DNA of 64,000 nucleotides, from assembly GCF_004010195.1 (NCBI RefSeq), contig NC_057757.1, positions 2,123,940 through 2,187,939 on the forward strand. The letters are read 5' to 3'. The DNA comes from Chiloscyllium plagiosum. Lineage: Eukaryota. The notes beneath the pieces were generated by a model. The model was not told the DNA's origin. It searched no databases and was given only the letters and a program-made list of their open reading frames with translations. Made by a program: the position numbers and the translations under genes. Shown piece after piece: positions 47,696 through 59,778 of the stretch (within the stretch, counting starts at the first letter, position 1; each line of letters opens with the position of its first letter).

Positions 47696-49731
47696 TTTGG
47701 CTGTGCAGTGCTCCATCCAGCCCTCCCTGAATCTTTAAGAGCTATTGTTTTCCTTCTAATCCTCTACTTCCCTCTCTGCAGCTTGACAGAGATCATTTCA
47801 GAATCCGCCCAGTGATTTAAGCCAACAAAAATGTTTGCAGCTCACTGAATTCCTGCACGCCCAGTATCGCTTGCCTCTTTTTCCAATACCTGTTATTCTC
47901 CGTTACCCCCCTCACCCCTGCCATGCCTCTTCCAACTCTAAAAGACCAATTTTTAAGTAGATTTGTTATTGTGATGTGGGTAGAACATTGCTGCCCCTTC
48001 CCTAGCTGCCCCTTTGAAAAGGTGGGAGTCAGCTGCCTTCTTGAACCGCTGCAGTCCTGCATGGTGCAGAGACCCCCACACAGTGTCGTGAGAGAGGGAG
48101 CTCCAGGATTCTGACCCAGCGACACTGAGGGAACCGCCGATATATTTCCAAGTCAGGATGGGGAGTGGCTCAGAGGGGAACTTGAAGGTTTGAAGGTGCT
48201 GTCAGAGAAACCCTGGTGAATTTCTGTAGTGCATCTTATAGATGGTACGCATTGCTACTCCTAAGCGTCGGTGGAGGAGGGAGGGGATGTTTGTGGATGT
48301 GGTGCCAATCAACCAGGAGCTGCTTTGTCCTGGGATGGTGTCGTGCTTCTAGAATGTTGTTGGAGCTGCCCCCATCCAGGGCAAGTGGAGAGTATTCCCT
48401 CACACTCCTTGTCAATGGTGGGACAGGCTTTGGGGAGGAGTCAGGATGGAGTGATTTGTCCAATGCCCTGATCGGGTCTGACCTCGCCCTCCCCAAAAAC
48501 AACGGGCTGTTTTGGCAACAACATTCACCGTTGTGCTTTTGTTAATCTTCAAGTTCCTTTATCCCTAAAGGTGCCATTTCCTTCCTGAGCTGCCAATCCA
48601 TCAGAAACCTCCAATCTGAAACCTGCCAATTTAACTATTTAACTGCAACGGGTCTCTCAGTAGCTCCAATGTTCCCCCCCATCACACTGGAGGGTCACAG
48701 TTACAGAGCTGCCACTGGGGTCAGTGAACACAGGAGAGATGACGGACTGAAATTGGCCTTTACCTATAATTCCAGCAATCTCAATTTTGAAGGCACTTGG
48801 GAACAGGAGCAGTGCAAACGATTCTCCACTCGCAGTACAGGATGCAGGCTACCCCAACCGAAAACCAGAAAGGGAACTGACTGAGTCAGGAAGCTGGGAT
48901 AAAAAAAAACCCATGAGGAGACAGTAACAGCAATGACGAGGGAAAATAGTGAATCACTGCAACCTACAGAAGGCCACTTGGCCCATCATAATACTCCAGC
49001 TCTTTAAAAGAGCTTCCTCACTTTGCCTTTCAATCTGTGACCCTGTTGGAATTATTTGTGGGATCATCCTTTATCCCTTTCCCAGGTGGAGATTGTCAAC
49101 TCTCTCCGAACGGAAAACCCTTCCCGTAACTCCCTCCCTACCAATTTCAAATCTCCGGTCTCTGGTTATCAATCCTGTCAGCAGAGGTCACTTGGGGGAG
49201 AAATGGGAAATGAAAGAGAGAAGCTCTGGGAAGAACACAACAGGTAATGTCTCAAAGACTTACACAATGCATACATCTTAACTTTCAATAGTGCTTTTTG
49301 CTCTCCCATTCCAACTGAGACCTTGGAGGTATTCCTGGATACTTGAACAGGTGACCTTTGCCCCCTGACCCCTGATACTTAATATAGCCAAGGGCCTGAC
49401 CCTGCCACCTGCCAACCAATCATGAAACAGACAAAAACAAGTCTCCCGCGTTCTTACAAGAAGGAAAATTGTTTGAAGAAACTCAAATTGGAGATTAGAA
49501 ACAGATTGGAAAAGCCTCTCCAGACTGACACCCCACACTTTCACTCTTGTGACATTTTGCGGCCATGGATCCTGGTACTGTCCTGTTGGCCGCAGCCTTG
49601 CAACCCTCAGGCAGCCAGCTATTCGACTGAATGGGGCACCACAGCCAAATCCTCCCCACTGCCCTACACGCACACGCAGCCAGGGTCCTCGTCCCATATC
49701 GGGGAAGAATCATGTTGGATATTAACCCCAT

Positions 49732-49769
<38 letters not shown>

Positions 49770-50092
49770 GAGCCTGTTGAGTTTCTCTGGCACTTTCTTT
49801 TCGTGTCGCTGTCCAGAGAGTGAGCTCGAAAGTCAGGGAAAAGAGCTAATCTCGGACGACGGGAGGGGCAAATCGCAGAACCCTCTGGGTGTTTTCTCGC
49901 GCCAAGTGGTCTGCCGTTGTCAGGATTGCAGGTGGATCTAGTCAAAAGGAAGAAAAGGTACAAGAAAAGTCTGTCTCTCTCCCTCCCTCTCTTTGACACA
50001 GCGGTCTCTCAGTTTAAGAAGGCCAGGCTGTATGTAGTAGTCTCCCCACACACTTGCGCACACAGACACGCGGACACAGACATGGTCCCCTT

Positions 50093-50338
50093 TTACAGCT
50101 TGAAGAGCCCGAAGTGAGTGAAGGTTTTGGGTTTCAGGTGCACCCCGGCGATGCTGTAAACACTGATCTGGGACTTCTTCCGGAGCCGAACTAATCCAGA
50201 CGCTTGGCAAGAATGCACAGCCAGTTGCTGGCTGTAGGTAGGGGTCGGCGGTAATCCCTGAACACACCGAAAAGTCAATTCTTTGTCCACCATCACGTCC
50301 AGCTTTAAGTAGGCTGTGGTGTTGTCATCGCAATGAAC
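50093..50338 (-). CDS. TNFSF12: TNFSF12 (TWEAK) last coding exon: VHCDDNTTAYLKLDVMVDKELTFRCVQ...CQASGLVRLR...THFGLFKL*
   Basis: ctgcag| acceptor in phase 0, TAA at 50095-50093; aligns with human TWEAK VHFDEGKAVYLKLDLLVDGVLALRCL...CQVSGLLALR...TYFGLFQV. Confidence 0.93.
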   Translation of the reverse strand, partial: VHCDDNTTAYLKLDVMVDKELTFRCVQGLPPTPTYSQQLAVHSCQASGLVRLRKKSQISVYSIAGVHLKPKTFTHFGLFKL

Positions 50339-50427
50339 CTGCAGATACATCGAGAGAGAGGTTTGTCAGTTCCACTGACATTCAGGAAAGGAGAACAGAA
50401 ATGTTCAAGCCTTCAATAGCTCACTCG

Positions 50428-50460
<33 letters not shown>

Positions 50461-50864
50461 CCCCCCCCACACCCCCCATACCGGGCGGCACAGTCCCTTC
50501 ATCTCCCTATCCCTCTCTCTATCCCCATCTCTTCCCTTCCCGACCCCCCATTTATCTCTCTCTTCCCCCCCCCCCAATCCCTCTATCCCCCGTTCCCATT
50601 CTTCAGAATGGAGGCAGAGATTATGGGTGTGAGTCCCACTCCTGACAATGAAATATCAACCTTAGCAGATGCACTAAGTGGGTGTGGGTGGGGGGAATGG
50701 TGGTGGTAGACTTTTGGAATTTCCAGCCCAACAGGGCCCTCAGTATACTTAAGACAGACAGCACTAGCCTTCTACATGTTAAAGATATCAAGGGATAGTG
50801 CGGAAAAATGGTGTTGAAGAAGATCAACCGTCATCTGACCGTACAACAATGCCTGCACCCTCAG

Positions 50865-51385
50865 CAACAATCCTCCCACAGTGCCCGCTCCCTCAATACT
50901 GACCCTCCAACAATAGCCACTCAGTCAGTGCTGACCCTCTGACAGCGCCCGCTCCCACAGCGCTGACTCTCCGACACTGCAGCGCTCCCTCAGCACTGAC
51001 CATCCAACACTGTGATGCTCCCTCAGTGCTGACCCTCCAACACTACGAAGCTCCCTCAGCACTGACCCTCTGCCAGTGTAGCGCTCCCATAGTGCTGACC
51101 TTCCGACAGTGCCTGCTCCCTCAGCACTGACCCTCTGCCAGTGTAGCACTCCCATAGTGCTGACCTTCCGACAGTGCCTGCTCCCTCAGCACCGACTCTC
51201 TGCCAGTGCAGCATTCCCTCAGCGCTGACCCTCCGCCAGTGTGTTGCTCTCTCAGCACTGACCCCCCTGACAGTGCCTGCTCCGTCAGCACTGACTCTCC
51301 GACAGCACCTGCTTCCTCAGCATTGACCCTCCTACAGTGTGGCGCTCCCTCAGCGCTGACCCTCCAACAGTGCCCACTCCCACAG
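50865..51385. repeat. Tandem repeat of about 31-33 bp (cagtgc..gctccctcagcactgaccctccga)n in the TWEAK last intron
   Basis: About 15 diverged units visible. Confidence 0.85.
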
Positions 51386-51495
51386 ACAGTGAGGTTTAAA
51401 CCTGTTTGACCAGTACTTAAAACGAAAATATTTTTTGGACAATGTTCAGCTGGAAAGGTGGGGTGGGGTGGGGGTGGAGGGGAGAGGTGTCTTGC

Positions 51496-51617
51496 CTGAC
51501 TGTATATGTAGTAGACTCCCTCCCGGTGTACGGTGAATCTGGCCGTCTTGTTGTTGTAGGTCACTGCACTTTTGGTCGTCTCAAGTGGGCATTCTAACCA
51601 CTGCCTGATGATCCCAC
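51496..51617 (-). CDS. TNFSF12: TNFSF12 penultimate exon: GGIIRQWLECPLETTKSAVTYNNKTARFTVHREGVYYIYSQ
   Basis: aaacag| acceptor in phase 1, 122 nt, ends CAG|GCAAGA (GC donor); aligns with human YNRQIGEFIVTRAGLYYLYCQ. Confidence 0.9.
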
Positions 51618-52169
51618 CTGTTTGTGGAAAGTGAGAGAGAAAAACAAAAGGTGAAGCTTCACCACTTTATCAGAGAGAGTGGTACACAGTGAGATTATTG
51701 ATGTGAAACACTGTTCCTATTCGATGTTGAAGTCCTCACCCCGGTCTCCAAATCCCACTGTGCCCTTGCTCCCTCGGATCCTGGTTCTCTCCCGTAAACT
51801 CTGCAGGGTCTCAGTGTTCCTCCAATTCTTTCTCTGCCACGCCCTGTCTGGGGCTCACCCTGTGGTATCCCATCCTAAACCTCTCCCTATGTTCCTTCAG
51901 GCGTCCCCACCTTGGCCAAGCCTTTGGTTACCTGTCCTCATATCTCCTTTTGTGGTTCACTGTTGAGTTTTGATGATTCTTGGCATCATCAAGAGCCCTG
52001 GAGATGCTTTGCAATGCCAAAAACTCCATTCAAATGCAAGTGGCCAGGCGTTGTTGTTGTGCACAGAACATTTCCAAGATACCTCTTTCCTTCACCATCC
52101 AGGAGGGATTTCCGCTACCTTGAGAAGCTGGGCCCGTTGCCTTTCCAGCCCAGAAAGTGAAGATTTAAT

Positions 52170-52468
52170 CCCTACAGTGTGGAAGCAGGCCATTAAGCCC
52201 ATCGAGTCCACACCACCCCTCCGAAGAGCATGCCACCCAGACCCATCATCCGACATTCCCCATGACTAATCCACCTAGCCTGCACGTCCCTGGACATTAC
52301 AGGACAATTTCCCACCCTAACCTGCACATTTTTGGAGTGTGAGGGAAACCAGAGCATCCAGAGGAAACTCATGCAGAACGTGCAAACTCCACACAGTCAG
52401 CTGAGGCTGGAATCGACCCCGGGACCCTAGTGCTGTGAGGCAGGAGTGCTAACCTCTGAGCCGCCATG
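52170..52468 (-). mobile_element. HE1-like SINE
   Basis: Reverse-complement SINE head and tail. Confidence 0.7.
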
Positions 52469-52529
52469 CTGAATGCTTTATTCAATGCTGTATCACTCTA
52501 TGATAACGTGTACTTGTTGACGTGTTGAG

Positions 52530-53860
52530 TACAAGGATAGACAAGTTATGCAGCAGCTTTATTAGAACTTTAGTTCAGCCACACTTGGAATATTGCGTAC
52601 AGTTTTGGTCACTACACTACCAGAAGGATGTGGATGCTTTAGAGAGGGTACAGAAAAAGTTTACCTGGATGTTGCCTGGTATGGGGGATTTTAGCAATGA
52701 AGAAAGATTGGATACACTGGGTTTGTTTTCACTGGAACGCAGGAGGTTGAGGGGCGACCTGACAGAAGTTTATAAGATTGGGAATGGTGTGGATAGAGTG
52801 GGAAGAATGAGGCTTTTTCCCAGGGTGGAGGGGTCAATTACTCAGAGGCACAGGGCCAAGGTGCCTTGGGGTATGGGGTGCAGTTTACAAGAGATGTGCG
52901 AGGCATGTTTTTCACACACAGGGAGGTGAGTGCGTGGAATGCGCTGTCAGAGGAGGTGGTGGAAGCAGACACAATAGCAGCATTCAAGAAGCACCTGGAT
53001 AAATATGTGACTAGGAAGGGAATGGAGGGATACAGATCCTTTAAGTGAAGACAGATTTAGTTTGGAAGGGTAGGCTTTCCAGCTGCAGGGCCTGTTCCTG
53101 TGCTGGATTGTTCACTATTCTTTAATGTGTTCAAGGTTGCAGTACATTTGAAGGAGTGAATGAGGTTCTGCTCCTATACAAGACTTCACCATTCCCAAGG
53201 GACAGAGGGACTCTCTGATGTTTGGATCTGGACAGAAACCTCCCCAACAGGTGCCTGAATCTGCTCGGGCTTCGTTCATTCTGCCCTTGCCCTGGTCACC
53301 ACCACTCCAGAAGTAAGAAGGGCTTTCATTACTCTAGCGCCCACTCATACCTTAAGCGTGCCCCATTGCACTTGGCAGATGCAGAGAAACCCTTCCCCGG
53401 TTGGTGCACATTCAGATTCCACACTGGTTAGAGTGTTGCGTTCAATTCTGGTCATCACATTACAGGAGGAAGGTGGAGGCTTTGGAGAGGGTGCAGAAGA
53501 GGTTTAGCAGGATACTGCCTGGAGTAGAGGGTATGGGCTATAAGGAGATGCTAGAAAAGCTTGAGTTGTTTTCTCTGGAGCAGCAGAGGTGAAACATGAA
53601 AGAAGTCTTTCAAAGTATGAGATGTGTAGATAGGGATGATGGACAGACTCTTTCCCCCCCCCAAAATTTAGGATGTGTAATACTAGGGGGCATGTATTTA
53701 AGATGAAAAGGTGGGCGGGGGGGGGGGGAAGTTCTAAACGAGATGTGAGGGGAATGTTTTTTTTAAAACACAGAGTGGTAGGAGTGTGGAATGCAGTGCT
53801 GGGGTGGTGGTGGAGGCATATACAATAGGGGCGTTTAAGAGACTTTTAGATAAGCACGAC
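52530..53860 (+). mobile_element. Two CR1 3' fragments (about 52530-53120 and 53430-53860)
   Basis: LVQPHLEYCVQFWS...ERRRLRGDL and ECCVQFWSSHYRRKVEALERVQKRF. Confidence 0.75.
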
Positions 53861-53994
53861 TGATTAGTCCACTAACATTACCACTTCAGCACTTTGTCCA
53901 CCTGAGATCTTCACAGTAAACAGAACCGATGTTCCAAATCAGATCCTTTTAAGCTGAAACTCTTAACCATCTGACCTGGTTTCGAGGGATATGG

Positions 53995-54137
53995 GAGAAA
54001 GTGAGGACTGCAGATGCTGGAGAGTCAGATCGAAAAGGGTGACCCTGGAAAAGCATAGCAGGCCAGGCAGCGTCCGAGAAGCAGGAGAGTCAACGTTTCG
54101 GGCATGAGCCCTTCATCAGGAATTTCTGAAGGGCTTA
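53995..54137 (-). mobile_element. PLE 3' tail with an intact hammerhead core
   Basis: Minus strand reads attc CTGATGA a GGGC TCAT GCCC GAAAC GTT gac (about 54089-54123). Confidence 0.7.
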
Positions 54138-54139
54138 GG

Positions 54140-55815
54140 CAAGAGTGGACCTTTGGACTGCTGGAAAATGAGGCTGGAGTAGTAGTAATGGGGAACAAAG
54201 AAAAGGTGGAGGAACTGAATAGGTACGTTGCATCAGTTTGCACAGTTCAAGACACCAGCATTTCAAGAGAGTTGGGGCAGATGTGAATGTAGCAGCCATT
54301 GCTAAGGAGATGATGCAGGGAAAACTGAAAGGTCTGAAAGTGGATAAATCACCCAGACCAGATGGACTACACCCCAGGGTTCTGAAGGAGATAGATGAGG
54401 AGATTGTTGAGGCATTGGTGATGATCTATCAGGGAGGGTCCGAGAGGACTGGAAAATGGCTAATGTAACACTGTTTAAGAAGCAATAGAAGTAGAAAACA
54501 GGATACCATCAGTCAGTTAGCCTTACTACAGTTGCTGGTAAGATTTTAGAGTTCATTGTGAAGAATGAGATTGCAGAGTACTCCAAAGTGCATGATAAAG
54601 TAGGGCTGAGTCAGCAATGCTTTGTCAAGAGGATGTCATGCCTGACAAATTTGCTAGAATTCTTTGAGGAGGTAATGAACAAGTTAGATGCAGGAGAGCC
54701 AGTGGATGTGATCTATTTGGTTTTCCAGAAGGCCTGTGACAAGGTGCCACAGAGGAGGCTGCTAAATAAGAGCCCATGGTATTAGGGGCAAGGTACTGGC
54801 ATGGATAGAAGATTGGCTGACTGGCAGAAGTCAGCGATTGAGGATAAAAGGGTCTTTTTCAGGATGGCAGCCCAGTTTTGCATGGGTCCGTGTTGGGACC
54901 ACAACTATTCACGTTATATGTTAACAATGTGAACAAACAAACTGGGTTGTTACTTGGTTTACAGATGACACAAAGATAGATGGAGGGACAGGTAGCATGG
55001 AGAAAGCAGAGGAGGCTCCAAAGGGCTTTGTCAGGCTAGGAGAGTGGGCAAAGAAGTGGCAGATGGAGTACAATGAGGTTATGCATTTTGGTAGGAAGAA
55101 TAGAGGTGTAGACTATTTTCTAAACAGGAAAGGCTTTGGAAATCTGAAGTACAAAGGAACTCAAGTCCTAGTTCAGGATTCTGTCAAGGTTAACATGCAG
55201 GTTCAGTTGGTAGTTAGGAAGGCAAATGCAATGTAAGCATTTATTTCAAGAGAGCTAGAATACAAGAGAAGGAATGTACTGCTGAGGCTGTATAAGGCTC
55301 TGGGCAAAATCGCTTTTGGAATATTGAGAGCAGTTCTGGGCCCCCGATCTAAGCAAGGATGTGCTGGCCTTGGAGGGGGTCCAGAGGGGATATTCAAGAA
55401 TGATTCAGGGGGTGAAGGGCTTGTCATGTGGGGAGCAGTTGAGGACCCTGGGTCTGTCCCTGATGGAGTTTAGAAGGATTGGTGGTGAGGGGGGTGGGTG
55501 TGGTGGTTTGGAGTCGGATTGAAACTTTTGGAATCCTGAGAGCCCTGGTTGTAGTGGAGGTGGGGAAGGTATTTCTACCAGTAGGACAAACTAGGACCCA
55601 AGGGCACAGCCTCAGGGTGAAGGGATGGACTGATATGGGGAAGGAATTTCTTCAGCCGGAGAGCTGCGGAGGCCAAGTCATGGAATGTCTTTATGACAGA
55701 GATAGGTTCTTGACCGGTAAGGGGGTTCAAGGGTTATGGGGAGAATGGGGCTGAGAAACAATATCTGCCACGATCGAATGCTGGAATAGACTCGATGGGC
55801 CAAAGGGCCTATGGA
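54140..55815 (+). mobile_element. Degenerate CR1 ORF2 fragment
   Basis: KSPRPDGLHPRVLKE, SCLTNLLEFFEEV and EWAKKWQMEYN remnants. Confidence 0.8.
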
Positions 55816-56063
55816 ATTATTTCAGGAATTCCGAGCTGGTGAAAGGCAATGCAGCAACTTGCTTTTTCTGTAAAAAGGGGTGTTTTCTCATGTTAAATGC
55901 TTCCCAAACAGAAGTTGAGTGTAACCTTTCTTCAGGACTGTTCAGGCCTTTGGGTTACACCTGAAATGTCGACTTCTCTACCTCCTGATGCTGCCTGGCT
56001 TGCTGTATTCTTCGAGCCTTCTGCTTGTCCACCTAAGATTCAGCATCTGCAGTTTCTTGTCCC

Positions 56064-56081
56064 TGGCCACCAGATGGCAGC
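56064..56081 (+). promoter_or_regulatory. CTCF-like motif
   Basis: TGGCCACCAGATGGCAGC fits CCASYAGRKGGCRS. Confidence 0.55.
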
Positions 56082-56464
56082 TTTGCCTGAACCTCCCCAG
56101 CTCACTGAACGACGCCATAGGCTGCCTTTGAGGGGGAGGTAACAAGGGGGAAAATGTGACAAACTCTGTCATTACTGAATGCCCATCTGTCAAAGTGAAG
56201 CTACCAGCTACTGAACGGGAACAGAAAAGTTAGAACGATAAGACATTGGAGCAAAAGTAGGCCATCCAGCTCAATGAGGCTGCTCTGCCTGTCAATGAGA
56301 TAGTAGCTAATCCTGAACTCTACCTGCCAAGGCATGTGACTGGGTCTAAAACCTGCGGAAAACGCGAGGTGGGTTATTTCAGCCTGAACGCAGAAGGGGT
56401 TTGTTCAGCCAGAAGGTGAGGAATCTTCAAAATTCTGAGAGTGACAGCCCTTGACATCAAGGAG

Positions 56465-57050
56465 GAGAAAGTGAGGACTGCAGACGCTGGAGATCAAAGT
56501 CGAGGATGTGGTGCAGGTCAGGCAGCATCTGAGGAGCAGGAGAATCGACGTCTCGGGCAAAAGCCCTTCATCAGGAATGAGGCTTGTGAGCGGAGAGGGT
56601 GGTGAGATAAATGGGAGGGGGTTTGGAGCGGTAGCTGGGAGTGCGATAGAGAGATAGAGTTAGGGGGTGATGGTGATAAGTTGGAGAGGAGGGTGGAACG
56701 GATAGGTGGGAAGGAAGATGGACAGGTAAACAGGGCGGTGCTGAGTTGGAAGGTTGGATCTGGGATAAGGTTGGGGAGGGGGGGGTGGAAAAATGTGGAA
56801 ACTGGTGAAATCCACATTGACGTCGTGTGGTTGGAGAATCCCAAGGTGGAAAATGAAGCGTTCTTCATCCAGGCATCGGGGGATGGAGGAGGCCCAGGAC
56901 CTGCATATCCTTGGCAGAGTGGTAGGGGAAGTTGATGTGTTCGGCCACGGGGCGGTGAAGTTGGTTGGTGTGGGTGTTCCAGAGATGTTCTCTGAAGCGT
57001 CAAGGCGGTGTCTGACAGACTGGCGTCAAGAAGCCTGAGAAAAACTGAAG
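56465..57050 (-). mobile_element. Penelope-like element 3' part (endonuclease C-terminus, pyrimidine-rich UTR, pLTR)
   Basis: Minus-strand EERFIFHLGILQPHDVNVDFTSF remnant joined to the same tail as the 37056 element; hammerhead with GAAA changed to GAGA. Confidence 0.7.
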
Positions 57051-57075
57051 GCAATGGCTGTCAGGGAGCAAACTC

Positions 57076-58085
57076 TTGATGGTTGGAGTCATACATGGGA
57101 AGATGCTCATGGGTGTTGGACGTCAATTATCTCAGCTCCAGGACATCTCTGCAGGGGTTCCTGAGGGTAGTGTCTTAGGCCCGACCATCTTCAGCTGCTT
57201 CATCATTGACCTTCCCTCCACCATAAGGTCAGAAGTGGGGAAGTTCGCTGATGATTGCACAATATTCAGCACAATTCGCCACTCAGATAATGAAGCAGTC
57301 CGTGTCCAAATGCAACGAGATCAGGACAATATCCAGGCTTGGGTTGACAAGTCGCAAGTAACATTTGTACCACACAAATGCCACACTAAGACCATCACCA
57401 TTAAAACACAATCTAACCACTGCCCCTTGACATTCAATGGTGTTACCATCACTGAATCCCACACTATCAACATTGTGGGGGATACCATTGGCCAGAAGCA
57501 AACTGGACTCTCCACATGAACACAGCGGCTACAAGAGCAGGTCAGAGGCTGGGAATCCTGCAGCAAGTAACTCCCCTCCTGACTCCCAAAAGCCGGTCCA
57601 CCATCAACAAGGCACAAGTCAGGAGTGTGAGGGAATACTCCCCACTTGTCGTGCATGGGGGCAGCTCCAACAACACTCAAGAAGCTCAACACCATCCAGG
57701 GACAAAGTAGCCCCCCAGTTGATTGGCTTCACATCTACAAACATACCACTCCCTCCCCCACCAACACTCAGTAGCAGCAGTTTGTACCATCTACAAGATG
57801 CACTGCAGCGACTCATTGCAACTATCATCGACAACACCTTCGGAAGACATGACCTTGACATTGAGGAGAACAAGGGCAGCAGATATAAAAGGAACAACAG
57901 TCCCTGCAGGTTCCCTTCTTCGCCCCTCTCCAGCCTGACTGGGAAATATATCAACCGTTCCCCAACAGCATTGCAGGTCTCCCCTAAGCAAACAGACTGC
58001 AGCAGTTCAATAGGGCTGCTTGACACCTTTCTGCAGGGTGAAAAAGCATGGCTAATTAAATGCTGGGTGAAGTGATTCCCACATC
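57076..58085 (+). mobile_element. CR1/L2-group LINE RT and 3' fragment (second family)
   Basis: GVPEGSVLGPTIFSCFI.DLP...FADDCT; related tails at about 19085-19370, 32680-33050 and 47975-48450. Confidence 0.75.
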
Positions 58086-58309
58086 CAGTGAATGAATCAA
58101 GAGTGAAAAATAACAGTATTCTTAAGTGTGTGATGTTTATGCTGAACGCCCTCTTGTGTTGCTCACAGGATAAAGCTTTAATTGTGGAATTGTCCTACTC
58201 CCAGCTGAGTGACAGTAGGGGCCAATCACTATGTTTCCTCTGCACTGTCAGCTGATGCAGGTTACCAGCCAAGATGGTTGTATTATCTAGGATGAGTGTC
58301 AATATATTT

Positions 58310-58858
58310 AGACCACATTTGGAACACTGCATTCAATTCTGGTTCACCTGCTATAGGAAGGATGTTGTGAAACTTGAAAGGGTTCAGAAAAGATTTACAA
58401 GGATGTTGCCAGGGTTGGAGGGTTTGAGCTATAGGGAGAGGCTGAACAGGCTGGGGCTGTTTTCCCTGGAGCGTCGGAGGCTGAGGGGTGACCTTATAGA
58501 GGTTTATAAAATCATGAGGGGCATGGATAGGATAAATAGACAAAGTCTTTTCCCTGGGGTCGGGGAGTCCAGAACTAAAGGGCATAGGTTTAGGGTGAGA
58601 GGGGAAAAGATAAAAGGGATCTAAGGGGTAACTTTTTCATGCAGAGGGTGGTACGTGTGTGGAATGAGTTGCCAGAGGATGTGGTGGAGGCTGGTACAAT
58701 TACAACATTTAAAAGGCATCTGGATGGGTATATGAATAGGAAGAGATGAGAGGGATGTGGGCTAAATGCTGGCAGATGGGACTAGATCAATTTATGAAAT
58801 CTGAACAGCTTGGACAAATTGGACCGAAGGGTCTGTTTCCATGTTGTACAGCTCTATA
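58310..58858 (+). mobile_element. Young CR1 3' fragment
   Basis: Intact RPHLEHCIQFW...LERRRLRGDLIEVYKIMRG. Confidence 0.85.
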
Positions 58859-59580
58859 TACAAATGTTCCCTCGCTCTCTCTGCAGTTGGCCAACTGGCA
58901 TTGACAAGGTATCACTGTGACACAATTAAGAACTGAACACTCCCCTCTCCCAAACCCAATGTCCCAGCAATTCATACCCATTCCTGACATCTCAATGTGC
59001 ACAGGAACTGTTGCGCTCCAGGTGTAGACAGGTGCATTTCTGTAGCATCTTTCATGACACGGCAAAAACCCCAGAGGCAATCAAGGGTCTTTTTTTCTGA
59101 ATTGAAGCAACTCCTACAATGAATGGAGTGGGGCCTCCGTTTTGAGCACTGCATGATCCCACAACCTGATGACAATCGGCTGAAATCTTTCCGAATGGCG
59201 ATGGCAGAGTTGTGAATATTAGGCCCAGGACACATTGGGGCAGGGGGTGGAGGGGAAACTCATCTGCTGCTGCCCCTCAGTTTTATATTCTCTCAGCATC
59301 AGCATGGATGACTCCGTGAAGATGAACTGGATTCTGTCAACGCTTTGTCTCTCTAGTCTTCCAGCAAGCAGGAGAGTCACCAACAATAATTCCTGTCCAT
59401 TGACTAACTCCCAGTTAATGATTCAAACTCACCCTGCAGTGTCAAATGGATGGGAATTTATCTCTGAGGCAGGATGCCCAGGTTCTAATCCAGACTGCTC
59501 CAGAGATGTGTCATAATGTCTCAGAACAGACTGGAGAGAAAATATGTAAAAAGGCAACACCATCAAAAGTAGCTACCTAC

Positions 59581-59622
59581 CCTTCTCAACGATGTATGTC
59601 CCATCCACATTATTGGGCATCA
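59581..59622 (-). CDS. TNFSF12: TNFSF12 small exon: (V)MPNNVDGTYIVEK(G)
   Basis: tattttgcag| acceptor, G|GTAGGT donor, 42 nt, phase 1 to 1; completes AAHFEV (human AAHYEV). Confidence 0.75.
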
Positions 59623-59714
59623 CTGCAAAATAAATACAAACAAGAGTAAAAATTCAGAAAAACCAAAAGATCATTAACCCTCTTCTCATAAACACTCAAA
59701 CTCTGAATCAGTCT

Positions 59715-59747
59715 GTCTCTCACACACTGACTCTCACTGGGGTACAA

Positions 59748-59778
<31 letters not shown>

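Noticed and set aside
49278..49999. Several ORFs of 110-139 aa downstream of TWEAK
   Set aside because: No recognisable homology; they overlap a (CT)n microsatellite and are most simply TWEAK 3' UTR
51121..51495. Repeat-encoded extension of the 147-aa TWEAK ORF
   Set aside because: Intron read-through past the GC donor into the tandem array
57437..58075. 212-aa ORF, the longest in the track
   Set aside because: Off-frame reading of a degenerate LINE 3' region
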